DNA from: an uncultured delta proteobacterium
GTDB lineage: Bacteria; Myxococcota; Kuafuiibacteriia; Kuafuiibacteriales; Kuafuiibacteriaceae
DNA length: 64,000 nucleotides
Direction of reading: 5' to 3'
Assembly (NCBI GenBank): GCA_963803435.1
Contig: CAWDML010000003.1
Span: 672,001-736,000, forward strand
The translations under genes and the position numbers were made by a program. Positions 11,215 through 21,112 of this stretch are shown one piece after another. How positions within the stretch are numbered: position 1 is the stretch's first letter; every line of letters starts with the position of its first letter. The notes beneath the pieces were generated by a model. That model did not search any database, was not told where the DNA came from, and worked only from the letters and a program-made list of their open reading frames with translations.

Positions 11215-11940
11215 TCACCTCACCGCCGGCGCGCGGCGAGCCGCCGGGAGCACGCGATCGCGTACGCTCGACAGCAGCTCGGTGAAGTTGACGTACGCGG
11301 TTCGAACCGGGATCCCGAGCGCACGAAGAGTCGCCCGATGATCGAGCAACACGGTCAAACACGCCGCCGTCCCCACCGCCGCCCATGCGACCCGAAACAG
11401 CCATCCTCGCAGCACCGACGTGGCCTCGGTCCTGAAGAAGTCGACGTGAAAGTCGAGGTGGTCCCGCTCGTCCCGCGCGATCTCCTCCAGGGCCCGCCCG
11501 ATCTCGCCCCCGAGCGCCCCGGCGATCAGCCCATAAAACGTGATCCCGATGACCTCCGCCGCCAGCAGGACCAACAGCTTGAGCCGCACCCCCGCCAGCC
11601 GCCGCCCCCAAACGAACAATCGGTCCGTCCAGGTCGCCGCCAAGATCTCCCCGTCCAGCGCCCGCACCGCGCCCGCCAAGATGCGCGCATGCCGCCCCTC
11701 CTCGGCGATGAAGAGTCGGAGCGCCCGCCGATACGTATCGTCGATCCCCTGGAGCTCCACCCGGTCGATCTCCTTCGCGATCCGACCCTCCCCTGCCTCC
11801 CCCCGCTGAAACACCGCCAGCGACCGCGCCACCCTCACCCGCACCTCCGAGTCGACCTCGACCCGACCGACCTCAGGCAACGGCCGCGCCGCCGTCCGTT
11901 CGAAGTGGGCGAGCCATCCGGCCCATGAAGAGCGCTGCAT
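11215..11940 (-). CDS. Ferritin-like (diiron) domain protein
   Basis: FQRGE, FIAEEGRH, AEVIGITFY, DERDHLDFH: paired ExxH motifs. Confidence 0.78.
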   Translation of the reverse strand: MQRSSWAGWLAHFERTAARPLPEVGRVEVDSEVRVRVARSLAVFQRGEAGEGRIAKEIDRVELQGIDDTYRRALRLFIAEEGRHARILAGAVRALDGEILAATWTDRLFVWGRRLAGVRLKLLVLLAAEVIGITFYGLIAGALGGEIGRALEEIARDERDHLDFHVDFFRTEATSVLRGWLFRVAWAAVGTAACLTVLLDHRATLRALGIPVRTAYVNFTELLSSVRDRVLPAARRAPAVR

Positions 11941-11987
11941 CGTGCATAGGAAACCGCGAGAGACCGGCGGGTGAGCCCGGGATCGGG

Positions 11988-12017
11988 GCGAACGGTCGGT
12001 TCGTGGCAGTGAGCGGT
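11988..12017 (-). promoter_or_regulatory. Putative LytTR-binding direct repeat
   Basis: Minus strand ACCGCTCAC and ACCGTTCGC at a 21-bp period (resembles the AlgR-type ACCGTTCGTC site), upstream of the operon encoding the LytS/LytTR pair. Confidence 0.6.
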
Positions 12018-12063
12018 TGCGGGGCCTGGTCGGCGGCTTCGGAGCGTCGATGGGTCGCGGACG

Positions 12064-12909
12064 CTACGCGCCTCGGTACGAGCGGGACTCGCGCAGCTTC
12101 GCGGTCGGGTCGAGGTCATAGACGGCGAGCTCGGGGGTGGCGCTGTCGCCGCCGCGGAGGCCTTCGAGGGAGTGGCCGATGCCGGCGCTGACGTAGAGGT
12201 CCGACTGGGCGATGCGATACCAGCCGTGGAAGTAGCCGTTGAAGAGGCGGGAGACGGCTTCGGTCAGGACGGGGACGACGATCTGGCCGCCGTGGGTGTG
12301 GCCGGAGAGGATCAGGCGGCCGCCCTTCTCGGCGATGAGGTCGGCGGTGGCGGGGAAGTGGTTGAGGATGACGGACTCCTCGGGGCGTTGGACGCTGGAG
12401 AAGGCGCGGTCGACGTCGGCGTGCTTGGTGGTGCCGTCGTCGACGCCGACGACGTCGAGCGTGAAGCCGATGCCGTCGATGCCGCTGTTGCTGTTGGACA
12501 GGACCTCGGCGCCGCCCGCGATCAGCGCGGCGGAGACCTCGGGGGCGCCGGACCAGTGATCGTGATTTCCGAGGGTCGCGATGACCGGGCGAGGGAGGGC
12601 GGCGACATAGCGGCGTACGCGATCGACATGCTTGGTCGAGCGGTTGACGTAGTCCCCGGTGAGGGCGACCAGGTCGGGCTCGACGGCGTGGGCGATCTCG
12701 ATCGTACGCTGGAGAAAGCGCTGCGGCGTGGTGGCGCCCATGTGGATGTCGGTGATGTGGAGGATCCGGAGCTTTCGCGGCCCGAGCCAGGGCACGCGGT
12801 GGCGCGTGATGCGAAGGCGCATGCGGTCGGCGCGGGCCGAACGCGAGACGGCGACCACGCCCGCGAACGCGCCGGCGGCCAGGAGGGATCGTCGAGAGAG
12901 GGGAGGCAT
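12064..12909 (-). CDS. Metallophosphoesterase (YkuE-like) with Tat signal
   Basis: SRRSLL twin-arginine motif; ITDIH, LTGDY, LGNHD, LSGHTHGGQ. Confidence 0.9.
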   Translation of the reverse strand: MPPLSRRSLLAAGAFAGVVAVSRSARADRMRLRITRHRVPWLGPRKLRILHITDIHMGATTPQRFLQRTIEIAHAVEPDLVALTGDYVNRSTKHVDRVRRYVAALPRPVIATLGNHDHWSGAPEVSAALIAGGAEVLSNSNSGIDGIGFTLDVVGVDDGTTKHADVDRAFSSVQRPEESVILNHFPATADLIAEKGGRLILSGHTHGGQIVVPVLTEAVSRLFNGYFHGWYRIAQSDLYVSAGIGHSLEGLRGGDSATPELAVYDLDPTAKLRESRSYRGA

Positions 12910-13092
12910 CGGGAGGGAATCATAGCCGGTTCAGGCGGTCGTTTTCGCGTGATCCTGGTCTCAAAACGCTCGCGCTGCTCAAATGAGAGACGCGAAGGTC
13001 TTGCAGCCTACGATCCTTTTACAATCCATTGACCGCGCCCAGACCACTCGCGCGGTCGCGAACGGTAGCGTCCACGGCGAAAGGGGATCTCG

Positions 13093-14412
13093 ATGAACCA
13101 ACCCAAGTTCCTGGTCCTGTCGCTGCTGCTCGTGACCTGGTCGGCCTCCGAGGCGCGGGCGGAGCAGGTCGTGCTCGACGTCTCGCTCGGAAAGCCGGTG
13201 GTCCTGGCCGACAAGCCGCAGGTCGCGTACCTGAAGATCGGCCTCACCGGGAAGGAGCTCGCACAGGGCAGGGGCCGCGCGCCCATCAACCTCTCGATCG
13301 TCCTCGATCGATCCAGCTCGATGAACGGAGAGAAGATCGAGAAGGCGAAGGAGGCGGCGATGATGGTGCTCGATCGCCTCTCGAGCGAGGACATCGTCTC
13401 GATCGTCACGTACGACAGCGAGGTCGAGGTGCTCGTCCCGGCCACCAAGGTCAGCGACGTCGAAGCGCTCAAGGCGCGCGTTCGAGCGATCCAGCCCCGC
13501 GGGTCGACCGCGCTGTTCGCCGGCGTCAGCAAGGGCATCCACGAGCTCCGCAAGTTCCTCGATCGGACCCGCGTCAACCGCGTGATCCTCATGTCGGACG
13601 GCCAGGCAAACGTGGGGCCGAGCTCGCCGAACGAGCTGGGGCGGCTGGGGGCGGCTGCGGCCAAGGAGGGGATCTCGGTCAGCACGATCGGTCTCGGTCT
13701 CGGCTACAACGAGGATCTCATGGTCCAGCTGGCGCAGAGCAGCGACGGCAACCATGGCTTCGCGGCGACCGCGGAGGAGCTCACCCAGATCTTCAACTAC
13801 GAGCTCGGCGACGTCCTGTCCGTGGTGGCGCAAGAGGTGAGCGTGAAGGTCCGGGTGCCCGACGGCGTGAAGCCGCTCCGCGTCCTCAACCGCATCGGTG
13901 AGATCCACGGCCAGGAGGTGGTGCTCTCGATGAATCAGCTCTATCAGAAGCAGGAGAAGTACGTGCTGCTCGAGGTCGAGCTCCCGGCCGGTGCCGAAGG
14001 GACCGCGAAGACCGTCGCCAACGTCGACGTCAGCTACGCCAACATGGACAACGGAGAGACCGAGCGTATCCATGGGACCGCGGGTGTCAGCTACAGCCGC
14101 CGTGAGAGCGAGGTGGCTGCGAAGGAGAACCGCGCCGTCATGATCGCCGCCATCGAGGCGCTGGCGGTGGAGCGCAACAAGGGCGCGCTCGCGCTCCGCG
14201 ATCAGGGCCAGGTCCAGCAGGCCCAGAAGGCGCTGCTCGACAACGCCAGCTTCCTCGAAGAGAACGCCCGTCGCTACAAGTCGCCCCGGCTCAACGACTA
14301 CAGCCAGGGCAACCGCGAGGACGCACACAACCTCAAGCAAGAGGACTGGAACAAGCAGCGCAAGCTGATGAAGAAGCGGGCGTACGAGCTCGACAACCAG
14401 CAGTCCTACTGA
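13093..14412 (+). CDS. Secreted VWA-domain protein (YfbK-like)
   Basis: Signal peptide; MIDAS DRSSSM, GSTAL, LMSDGQAN. Confidence 0.88.
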   Translation: MNQPKFLVLSLLLVTWSASEARAEQVVLDVSLGKPVVLADKPQVAYLKIGLTGKELAQGRGRAPINLSIVLDRSSSMNGEKIEKAKEAAMMVLDRLSSEDIVSIVTYDSEVEVLVPATKVSDVEALKARVRAIQPRGSTALFAGVSKGIHELRKFLDRTRVNRVILMSDGQANVGPSSPNELGRLGAAAAKEGISVSTIGLGLGYNEDLMVQLAQSSDGNHGFAATAEELTQIFNYELGDVLSVVAQEVSVKVRVPDGVKPLRVLNRIGEIHGQEVVLSMNQLYQKQEKYVLLEVELPAGAEGTAKTVANVDVSYANMDNGETERIHGTAGVSYSRRESEVAAKENRAVMIAAIEALAVERNKGALALRDQGQVQQAQKALLDNASFLEENARRYKSPRLNDYSQGNREDAHNLKQEDWNKQRKLMKKRAYELDNQQSY

Positions 14413-16025
14413 TGCGGCGCCGCCTGATCGTCCTCCTCCTCTCGCTGGTGGTCCTCCCGCTGGCGGCGCTCGCGTACCTCGGGGAGAAGGCTTCTCACGA
14501 CCGTCAGGCGGTGGCCGCCAGCCAGTTCCGCTCGCTCCTCGACGATCGCCTGCGCAACCTGGCTGCCTCGATCGCCGCGGAGACCGTGCACGTCGAGGGC
14601 GAGCTGTCGGCCGCGCTGAGCTCGGCGGAGATCTCCGCGCCCGCGCTGCGCGAGCGCTTGCGACACACGCCGCTCGCGTCGCAGCTATTCCTCCTGGATC
14701 CCGACGGCGCGCTCCTGTTCCCGCCGAACGACGCGACGCGAAGTGAGGAGGAGTCCGAGTTCCTCCGCCGCACCGCGCCGATCTGGACCCGGGAGGCGAT
14801 CCTCTACGCTCCGCCGCGCCCGGAGCGCGCGAATACGACCACCGGGACCCCGGCGCACGCCAAGGGTCACGGAGACAGCGTGATCGATCTGGCGGCACGG
14901 GCACCGCGCGGTTGGATCCCGTGGCACTGGCGCGAGGGCGTGCGCTTCCTGTTCTGGCAGCGGCTTCCGGACGGCAAGGTGATCGGCGTCGAGGTCGAGC
15001 GTGTGGTCTTGCTCTCTCGGATCGTGGGAGCGCTGCCCGCGGAGGAGCTCGAAGAGGGCCGCATCCTGCTCGCAGACTCCCGCGGCGATGCGGTATCGCA
15101 GTGGGGCCGCTACGAGCCGGTCGCAGCCGCGGAGCCGGCCGCCACGGTCCCGCTCGCTCATCCGCTCGACGCGTGGCGACTCGAGTACTTCGCGTCGCCT
15201 GCGCAGCGCTCCGCGTTCCTCGAGCTCGACGGGGGGCCAGGAGCGCTCTACGGCTTCTCGGCGCTGGCGCTGGCGCTCCTGCTGCTCGGCGTCTATCTCT
15301 ACCGCGAGCTCTCGCGGGATCTCCGGGAGGCTTCCCAGCGGGTGACGTTCGTGACTCAGGTCTCGCACGAGCTGAAGACACCGCTCGCCAACATCCGCCT
15401 CTACGCGGAGCTGCTGGAGAGCGAGCTCGCGGAGGACGAAGCCGTCGCCAGTGGAGTCGCGGACCGCCTCGCGGTCATCGTGTCGGAGAGCGAGCGGCTG
15501 ACGAGACTGATCGATAACATCCTCACCTTCTCCAAGCACCGGCGCGGTCAGCTCCGGTTGGAGCCCAGGCCGTTCGCGCTGGACGAGCTGGTGCGACGCG
15601 TGCTCGCGCACTTCGCGCCCGCATTCGCCAGCAAGGCGATCGAGGCCTCTTTCTCGGGCGCGGCGCCGCGGCGGGTGCTGGCGGACCCGGACGCGGTCGA
15701 GCAGATCTTTGCCAACCTGTTGAGCAACGTGGAGAAGTACGCGGCCACCGGGCGCCGTGTCGAGGTGGCGACCGCACAGGCGAACGGCGTCGCGCGGCTG
15801 ATCGTGGCCGACGTCGGGCCTGGCGTTCCGCGCGAGCATCGGGAGCGGATCTTCGATGCGTTCCACCGCGTGAGTGACCGGCTCACGGACGGCGTCACCG
15901 GCACTGGGATCGGTCTGGCCATCGCGCGCGAGCTGGCTCGCTCGTCGGGCGGTGATCTGGTGCTGGCGGAGTCGGAGCGGGGCGCGCGCTTCGAGCTGAC
16001 GCTTCCGGTCATGGAGGGGGAATGA
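14412..16025 (+). CDS. Membrane sensor histidine kinase
   Basis: Two TM helices; VSHELKTPL, NLLSNVEKY, DVGPGV, GTGIGL. Confidence 0.93.
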   Translation: MRRRLIVLLLSLVVLPLAALAYLGEKASHDRQAVAASQFRSLLDDRLRNLAASIAAETVHVEGELSAALSSAEISAPALRERLRHTPLASQLFLLDPDGALLFPPNDATRSEEESEFLRRTAPIWTREAILYAPPRPERANTTTGTPAHAKGHGDSVIDLAARAPRGWIPWHWREGVRFLFWQRLPDGKVIGVEVERVVLLSRIVGALPAEELEEGRILLADSRGDAVSQWGRYEPVAAAEPAATVPLAHPLDAWRLEYFASPAQRSAFLELDGGPGALYGFSALALALLLLGVYLYRELSRDLREASQRVTFVTQVSHELKTPLANIRLYAELLESELAEDEAVASGVADRLAVIVSESERLTRLIDNILTFSKHRRGQLRLEPRPFALDELVRRVLAHFAPAFASKAIEASFSGAAPRRVLADPDAVEQIFANLLSNVEKYAATGRRVEVATAQANGVARLIVADVGPGVPREHRERIFDAFHRVSDRLTDGVTGTGIGLAIARELARSSGGDLVLAESERGARFELTLPVMEGE

Positions 16026-16705
16026 AGGTCCTGATTGCCGAAGACGATCCACACATGCGTCGGGGCGTCATCGAGATCCTCGAAGGCGAAGGCTATCGAG
16101 TCGTCGCCGCTTCCGACGGTGAGGAAGCGATCGCGCGGTGGAAGGAGGAGAAGCCGGACTTCGTCTGCCTCGACATCATGATGCCGAAGGTGAACGGCTA
16201 TGACGTTTGCCGTCAGATCCGCGGCGTCGATCGAAGCATCCCGATCCTGCTGCTCTCCGCGAAGTCGGAGGAGATCGACAAGGTCCTCGGCCTCGAGCTG
16301 GGCGCGGACGACTACGTGATGAAGCCGTTCGGGATGAAGGAGCTGATCGCGCGCGTTCGGGCGATCAGCCGGCGCTGCTTTCGGGCGCAGCGAACCACCG
16401 CGGCGGTGAGTTTCGAGATCGGGGGCTGGTCGGTGAGCCCCGACGAGCTCCGGGCGCGCAGGGACGCGGACACGATCGAGCTGAGCTTGCGTGAGGTCCA
16501 GCTCCTAAGGGCCTTCTTTGAGAACCCGGGCGTGGTCTTGGATCGGGACCGCCTGTTTCGCGACTGCTGGGACGGCGCCGTCTATCCCAACAGCCGGACG
16601 CTCGATCAGCACATCTCCAAGCTTCGCAAGAAGATCGAGCACGACCCCAAGTCTCCGCGCATCATCCAGACGATCCACGGCGCCGGCTACAGGTACGACT
16701 CCTGA
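16022..16705 (+). CDS. OmpR/PhoB-family response regulator
   Basis: REC (LDIMMP, GADDYVMKPF) plus winged helix (RTLDQHISKLRKKIE, GAGYR). Confidence 0.94.
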   Translation: MKVLIAEDDPHMRRGVIEILEGEGYRVVAASDGEEAIARWKEEKPDFVCLDIMMPKVNGYDVCRQIRGVDRSIPILLLSAKSEEIDKVLGLELGADDYVMKPFGMKELIARVRAISRRCFRAQRTTAAVSFEIGGWSVSPDELRARRDADTIELSLREVQLLRAFFENPGVVLDRDRLFRDCWDGAVYPNSRTLDQHISKLRKKIEHDPKSPRIIQTIHGAGYRYDS

Positions 16706-16760
16706 CTCCTGTACTCCGGGGCAGCTGTGGCTTCTCTCCACCTGAGCTACCATCCGGCGC

Positions 16761-17486
16761 GTGGTTCTGGCAGCAACGCACTGGGAAAAGGCAGATCTGA
16801 AGGCCATGCATCTCTTGGTGGTCGATGATGATCCGATTGCACAGCGATCCGTGGCGCGTGTGCTCGAAGCATGTGGCGCGGTGGTGGTGACCGCGGACTC
16901 CGTCGAGGCCGCCGTCCAGATCATCACCGGGACGCGGCCCTTCGACGCGGCGATCGTCGATTTTCAGCTGGTCGATCAGACCGGCCTCACGATCATCTCG
17001 CGCTTGCGCTCCGGTGATCGTCCGTGCTGCGCCCTGATGATCACGGGCGACATCGATCAGGATCGCGGCGTTCAGGCGATCGCGGCGGGCGCCGATGACT
17101 TTCTGATCAAACCGTTCGTCGCCGAGGAGCTGATCGGTGCCGTGGTCAAGACCGTGCGTCAGACGCGACGGTGGCGCTCGAGGTTGAACGGTCGCCCGAG
17201 CGCGGCGAACGTCGGCACGACCGATCCGCTCGGGCTCCCGCAGTACGACGCCTGCGTCGAGGAGTTGGTCCGGCTCGGGAACCTCTCGAGCCGAGAGCGT
17301 CAAGTCCTCGAGCAGGTGTTACTCGGCAAGACGAATCGCGAGGCCGGCAAGTCGGTGGGGCTCACCGAGCGCACCGTGAAGTACCACATGGCGGGGATCC
17401 TCCGGAAGTTCGGTGTCGGCTCGCGGAACGAGCTGATGCGCCTTCTCTTCCATCGGCAACACGATGGCGTCGTTGCACCGAACTGA
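16761..17486 (+). CDS. Response regulator, REC + LuxR-type HTH
   Basis: VVDDD, GADDFLIKPF, LSSRERQVL..GKTNRE..TVKYHM; start could be the ATG at 16807. Confidence 0.85.
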   Translation: MVLAATHWEKADLKAMHLLVVDDDPIAQRSVARVLEACGAVVVTADSVEAAVQIITGTRPFDAAIVDFQLVDQTGLTIISRLRSGDRPCCALMITGDIDQDRGVQAIAAGADDFLIKPFVAEELIGAVVKTVRQTRRWRSRLNGRPSAANVGTTDPLGLPQYDACVEELVRLGNLSSRERQVLEQVLLGKTNREAGKSVGLTERTVKYHMAGILRKFGVGSRNELMRLLFHRQHDGVVAPN

Positions 17487-17501
17487 GCTATTCTCGCCGG
17501 A

Positions 17502-18737
17502 GTGAAGGGCGCTGCTCAGCGCATCCTCTGGCTGACGGGAGTCGGGCACGCGTCCGCACACGCGTGGGAGCTGATCTTTCCCGCCGTCGCCGTACCGATG
17601 GCGCGCGATCTCGGACTGCCGTTCGAGGAGATCGTCTCGCTCTCGTTCGTCCTCTATCTCCTGTATGGACTCGGTGCGCCGCTCGCCGGCTGGGCCACCG
17701 ATCATCTGGGGGCGCGCCGCGTCCTGGTGCTGTGCCTGCTGGGCGGAGGCGTCTCAGGCGCCCTCGTCGCATTCGCGCCCTCGATCCTGGTCGCGCGGTT
17801 CGCGCTGGGCGGGCTGGGCCTGGCGGCCTCGCTCTACCACCCCGCTGGGCTCACGCTCCTGTCGCATCATTTCGAGAAGAAGGTCGGCCGCGCTTTCGCG
17901 CTCAACGGGATGGCGGGCAACGTCGGTATCGGCTTGACGCCGTTTCTCGCCGGTCTGACGGCGTCGCTCGTCGGGTGGCGCTACGCCTTCCTGCTCCTGA
18001 GTCTGCCCGGTCTGGTGTTCGGCGCGATCTTTCTATTCGTCGCCGTGCCCGACGGGGTGCCGGTGTTCGAGCCGCGCCGACCGGAGGAGGCATCGCCCTC
18101 CGCGGTCGACTGGCGAGCGATCGTGTTGTTCGCGATCGCCGTGACCGCCGGCGGCCTCGCCTATCGGCTCCACACGCTGGTGATGCCGGCCCTGATTCAG
18201 GAGCGGATACCGATGCTGGCCAACCTGAAGGGCCTCCTCCCGGGTCTGACAAATTCCGACAACCTGGCGGCCACCGCGCTCACCAGCGTGGCCTACGGCT
18301 TCGGTATTTTTGGGCAGTGGGCCGGAGGAAGGATCGCCGATCGGCATCCGCTCCCGGCCTCGTATTTCTCATTCCACATGATCGCGGCCCCCGTCCTTGG
18401 GATTGCGGCGATCAGCAGCGGCGTTCCGCTCCTCCTGGCGCTGTTCATCTTCATGTTTTTCTCGATCGGAATGCAGCCCATCGAGAACAGCCTGATCGCG
18501 GCTCTCTCGCCGCCGGCATGGCGGGGTCGAGGCTTCGCGGCGAAGTTCGTCTTGTCGTTCGGCGTCGGCGCGATGGGAACGTACGTGGTCGGCTGGGTTC
18601 ATCCCTTCGGCGGTTTGGGCGCTTCCTTGGTGGCGGCGACGGGGCTCGAGCTGGTGTTGTTGATCGCGGTGGGAGGGATCTGGGCACTCGATCGCTTGAC
18701 CATCCGCCCGCCTCCGGCTTCCGCTTCGAGCGGATGA
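17502..18737 (+). CDS. MFS transporter
   Basis: About 12 hydrophobic segments; GWATDHLGAR and GRIADR motif-A loops; SLYHPAG. Confidence 0.9.
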   Translation: MKGAAQRILWLTGVGHASAHAWELIFPAVAVPMARDLGLPFEEIVSLSFVLYLLYGLGAPLAGWATDHLGARRVLVLCLLGGGVSGALVAFAPSILVARFALGGLGLAASLYHPAGLTLLSHHFEKKVGRAFALNGMAGNVGIGLTPFLAGLTASLVGWRYAFLLLSLPGLVFGAIFLFVAVPDGVPVFEPRRPEEASPSAVDWRAIVLFAIAVTAGGLAYRLHTLVMPALIQERIPMLANLKGLLPGLTNSDNLAATALTSVAYGFGIFGQWAGGRIADRHPLPASYFSFHMIAAPVLGIAAISSGVPLLLALFIFMFFSIGMQPIENSLIAALSPPAWRGRGFAAKFVLSFGVGAMGTYVVGWVHPFGGLGASLVAATGLELVLLIAVGGIWALDRLTIRPPPASASSG

Positions 18738-20173
18738 GCGGCGATGACAACGATCCGGATGATCCGGCGATCCCTTCTCATCTGATCCCGCTTCTCGGCG
18801 ATCGACTGAGCGGAAGCGCCGCCGAGTCGCTGCGTTCGGTCTTGGGGAAGAAGGCGGTCGAGAAGCTGCGCACGGGCCGCGTCGGGCGGGCCATCAAGCT
18901 GTCGAGCTTCGCCATGAAGAGCGGCGGCAAGATGCTGCTCAGCAAGGTCAAGGCGGAGACGCAGAGCGCCGCGCAGATGGCGCTCGCCACGGAGATGCTG
19001 CGGACCTTCTCCGAGATGCGGGGCGTCACCATGAAGCTCGGCCAGATGCTGAGCTACCTCGATGACGCGCTCCCGCCCGAGGCGCGCAAGGTCCTGGCCG
19101 TGCTCCAGCGCGACGTCCCGCCGATGAGCTGGGACGCCGTCTCGTCTCAGGTGGAGAAGGATCTGGGCCGACGCCCGGAGGAGATCTTCCGCGAGATTGC
19201 GACGGAGCCGATGGCCGCGGCCAGCATCGGACAGGTGCACCGCGCGCTGCTCCCGGACGGCTCGCCGGTCGCCGTGAAGATCCAGTATCCCGGCATCGAA
19301 GCCGCGATGTCGGCGGACCTGAAGAACGCGCAGCTGCTCAGCCTGTTCCAGCGCATGTTCTTCTTCCGCACCGACACCAAGGCCATCATGGGAGAGCTGG
19401 AAGAGCGCTTCATGGACGAGTGCGACTATCGGAAGGAGGCCGAGTACCAGGAGGCCTACCGGGCACGGCTCGCCGGCCACCCGACGATCATCGTCCCTGA
19501 GGTACATGCGGAGTATTCGGGTCAGCGTGTCCTCACCACCACCTTCTGCGAGGGCAAGACGTTCTACCAGTGGCTCGACGACGATCCGGACGCCGAGGCA
19601 CGCAGCCGCGCGACCGCGACCTTCTACCGCTTCTATCTGGGCTCCTTCTATCTCGACGGCTTGTTCAACTGCGATCCGCACCCCGGAAACTACCTGTTCC
19701 AGAGTGACGGCCGCATCGTGTTCCTCGACTACGGTTGCTCGCGGCGCTTTCCCGAGGAGCGACGCCTCGCCTGGATCGACCTCTGCAAGACCGTGTTCGA
19801 GGACGATCGCGCGAAGCTCAAGAAGCTCGCCAGCGAGATCGGGTTCTTCAAGGACGGCGCCTCCTATGACGAGGAGGCGTTCCGGGCCCTGATGCGCTAC
19901 CTCTACCGGCCCTATCTCGAGGATCGCCCCTTCGACTTCGCCGAGCACCGCCCGGAGGACACGTTCCGGCGGATGTTCGTCGACAACCCGAACCTCTTCA
20001 AGCTGAACATGCCCGCGGACGCGGTCTTCCTGAACCGGATCGGGTTCGGGCTGGTGTCGCTCTTGGCGGAGGTCGGGTCGTCGCTCAACTGCCAGGAGTA
20101 CGCGAACAGCTACTTTCGAGGCCTCGATCCCGATTGGCCGGACGATCCATATCGCTCGAAGACCAGCAGGTAG
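18734..20173 (+). CDS. ABC1/UbiB (AarF) family atypical kinase
   Basis: MKLGQMLS, AAASIGQVH, VAVKIQYPG, NCDPHPGN, LDYG; ATG 18734 overlaps the MFS stop. Confidence 0.92.
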   Translation: MSGDDNDPDDPAIPSHLIPLLGDRLSGSAAESLRSVLGKKAVEKLRTGRVGRAIKLSSFAMKSGGKMLLSKVKAETQSAAQMALATEMLRTFSEMRGVTMKLGQMLSYLDDALPPEARKVLAVLQRDVPPMSWDAVSSQVEKDLGRRPEEIFREIATEPMAAASIGQVHRALLPDGSPVAVKIQYPGIEAAMSADLKNAQLLSLFQRMFFFRTDTKAIMGELEERFMDECDYRKEAEYQEAYRARLAGHPTIIVPEVHAEYSGQRVLTTTFCEGKTFYQWLDDDPDAEARSRATATFYRFYLGSFYLDGLFNCDPHPGNYLFQSDGRIVFLDYGCSRRFPEERRLAWIDLCKTVFEDDRAKLKKLASEIGFFKDGASYDEEAFRALMRYLYRPYLEDRPFDFAEHRPEDTFRRMFVDNPNLFKLNMPADAVFLNRIGFGLVSLLAEVGSSLNCQEYANSYFRGLDPDWPDDPYRSKTSR

Positions 20174-20736
20174 TTGTTGGCAGGCATCTCGATCGTCTTG
20201 AGCAGCCGGAAGGAGGCCGAAGCTGCCTGCTCCACCTCGCGCACGTCCCGGAGCCCCCAACTCTCGTTCCTCGCCCGGAGCGAGGCGTCGAACGCCCGGT
20301 TGGTCGGCGCGTTGAACTCGCCGTCGAGACGATACGGCCCATAGAGGAAGAGCCGCTGCTCGTCGTCGAGGAGCCCGGCGGCCTTGTCGAGGAGGCCGAT
20401 CGTGGCGCTCCAGGGCGCGATGTGAGCCATGTTGATGCATACGATCCCACGGGTTCGGATCGGCGGCCATGCATCCTTGGTGGTGTCGAGGTCGAGCGGC
20501 GCGCGGACGTTCGAGAGCCCCGAGTGCTCGAGATACGCGAGGATGCTGATCCGGCACTCCGGATCCGGGTCGCTCGGCTGCCACATCAGATGCGGGAAAC
20601 GGCGGGCGAAGTACGTGATGTGCTGTCCGCTACCGGATGCGATCTCGAGGATCACGCCGCGCGCGGGCAGCATGCTGTCGAGCACGTCCGCGATCGGACC
20701 CTTGTTCCGGTCCGCGGCGTCGCTGATCTTCTTCAT
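20110..20736 (-). CDS. DUF938 family SAM-dependent methyltransferase
   Basis: AADRNKGPI, LEIASGSGQH, WQPSD, LYGPY, MPANN. Confidence 0.9.
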   Translation of the reverse strand: MKKISDAADRNKGPIADVLDSMLPARGVILEIASGSGQHITYFARRFPHLMWQPSDPDPECRISILAYLEHSGLSNVRAPLDLDTTKDAWPPIRTRGIVCINMAHIAPWSATIGLLDKAAGLLDDEQRLFLYGPYRLDGEFNAPTNRAFDASLRARNESWGLRDVREVEQAASASFRLLKTIEMPANNYLLVFERYGSSGQSGSRPRK

Positions 20737-21101
20737 CTCCGCCTCATCTTTTGCTTGTGTTCGTCGACGAACGTGCGCACGCGAGCAAACTCGTCGAACA
20801 CCTCAGCCACCATGGCCTCGGCGCGGGCATGCTCTCCGTTTTTCATCCGTCCCTCGAGAGACGCAGCCAGCTCTCGCAGCCCGTCGGCTCCTACGTTGGC
20901 GCTGGAGCCCTTGATCGCGTGTGCGTCCTCCCGGATCTGTTTGTAGTTTCCCGCGGCCAGCGCAGCCTCGACCGAGCGAAGCTTCTCGTCGGTCTGCTCG
21001 ACGAAGATCCGCAGGAGCTCGAGCTCGACCTCGAGATCGCCTCCGGTCGTTCGCGACAGCCGCTCCAGATCCACTGGAGCATTCCCGTTCGCGGCGCTCA
21101 T
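20733..21101 (-). CDS. Stand-alone Hpt phosphotransfer protein
   Basis: AHAIKGSSANVGA motif. Confidence 0.9.
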   Translation of the reverse strand: MSAANGNAPVDLERLSRTTGGDLEVELELLRIFVEQTDEKLRSVEAALAAGNYKQIREDAHAIKGSSANVGADGLRELAASLEGRMKNGEHARAEAMVAEVFDEFARVRTFVDEHKQKMRRR

Positions 21102-21112
21102 GCGGGGCGCGA

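Noticed and set aside
17171-18733. 1000-aa ORF 17171-20173 as a single protein
   Set aside because: The upstream part is an off-frame overlap of the regulator and MFS genes; the ABC1 kinase starts at 18734
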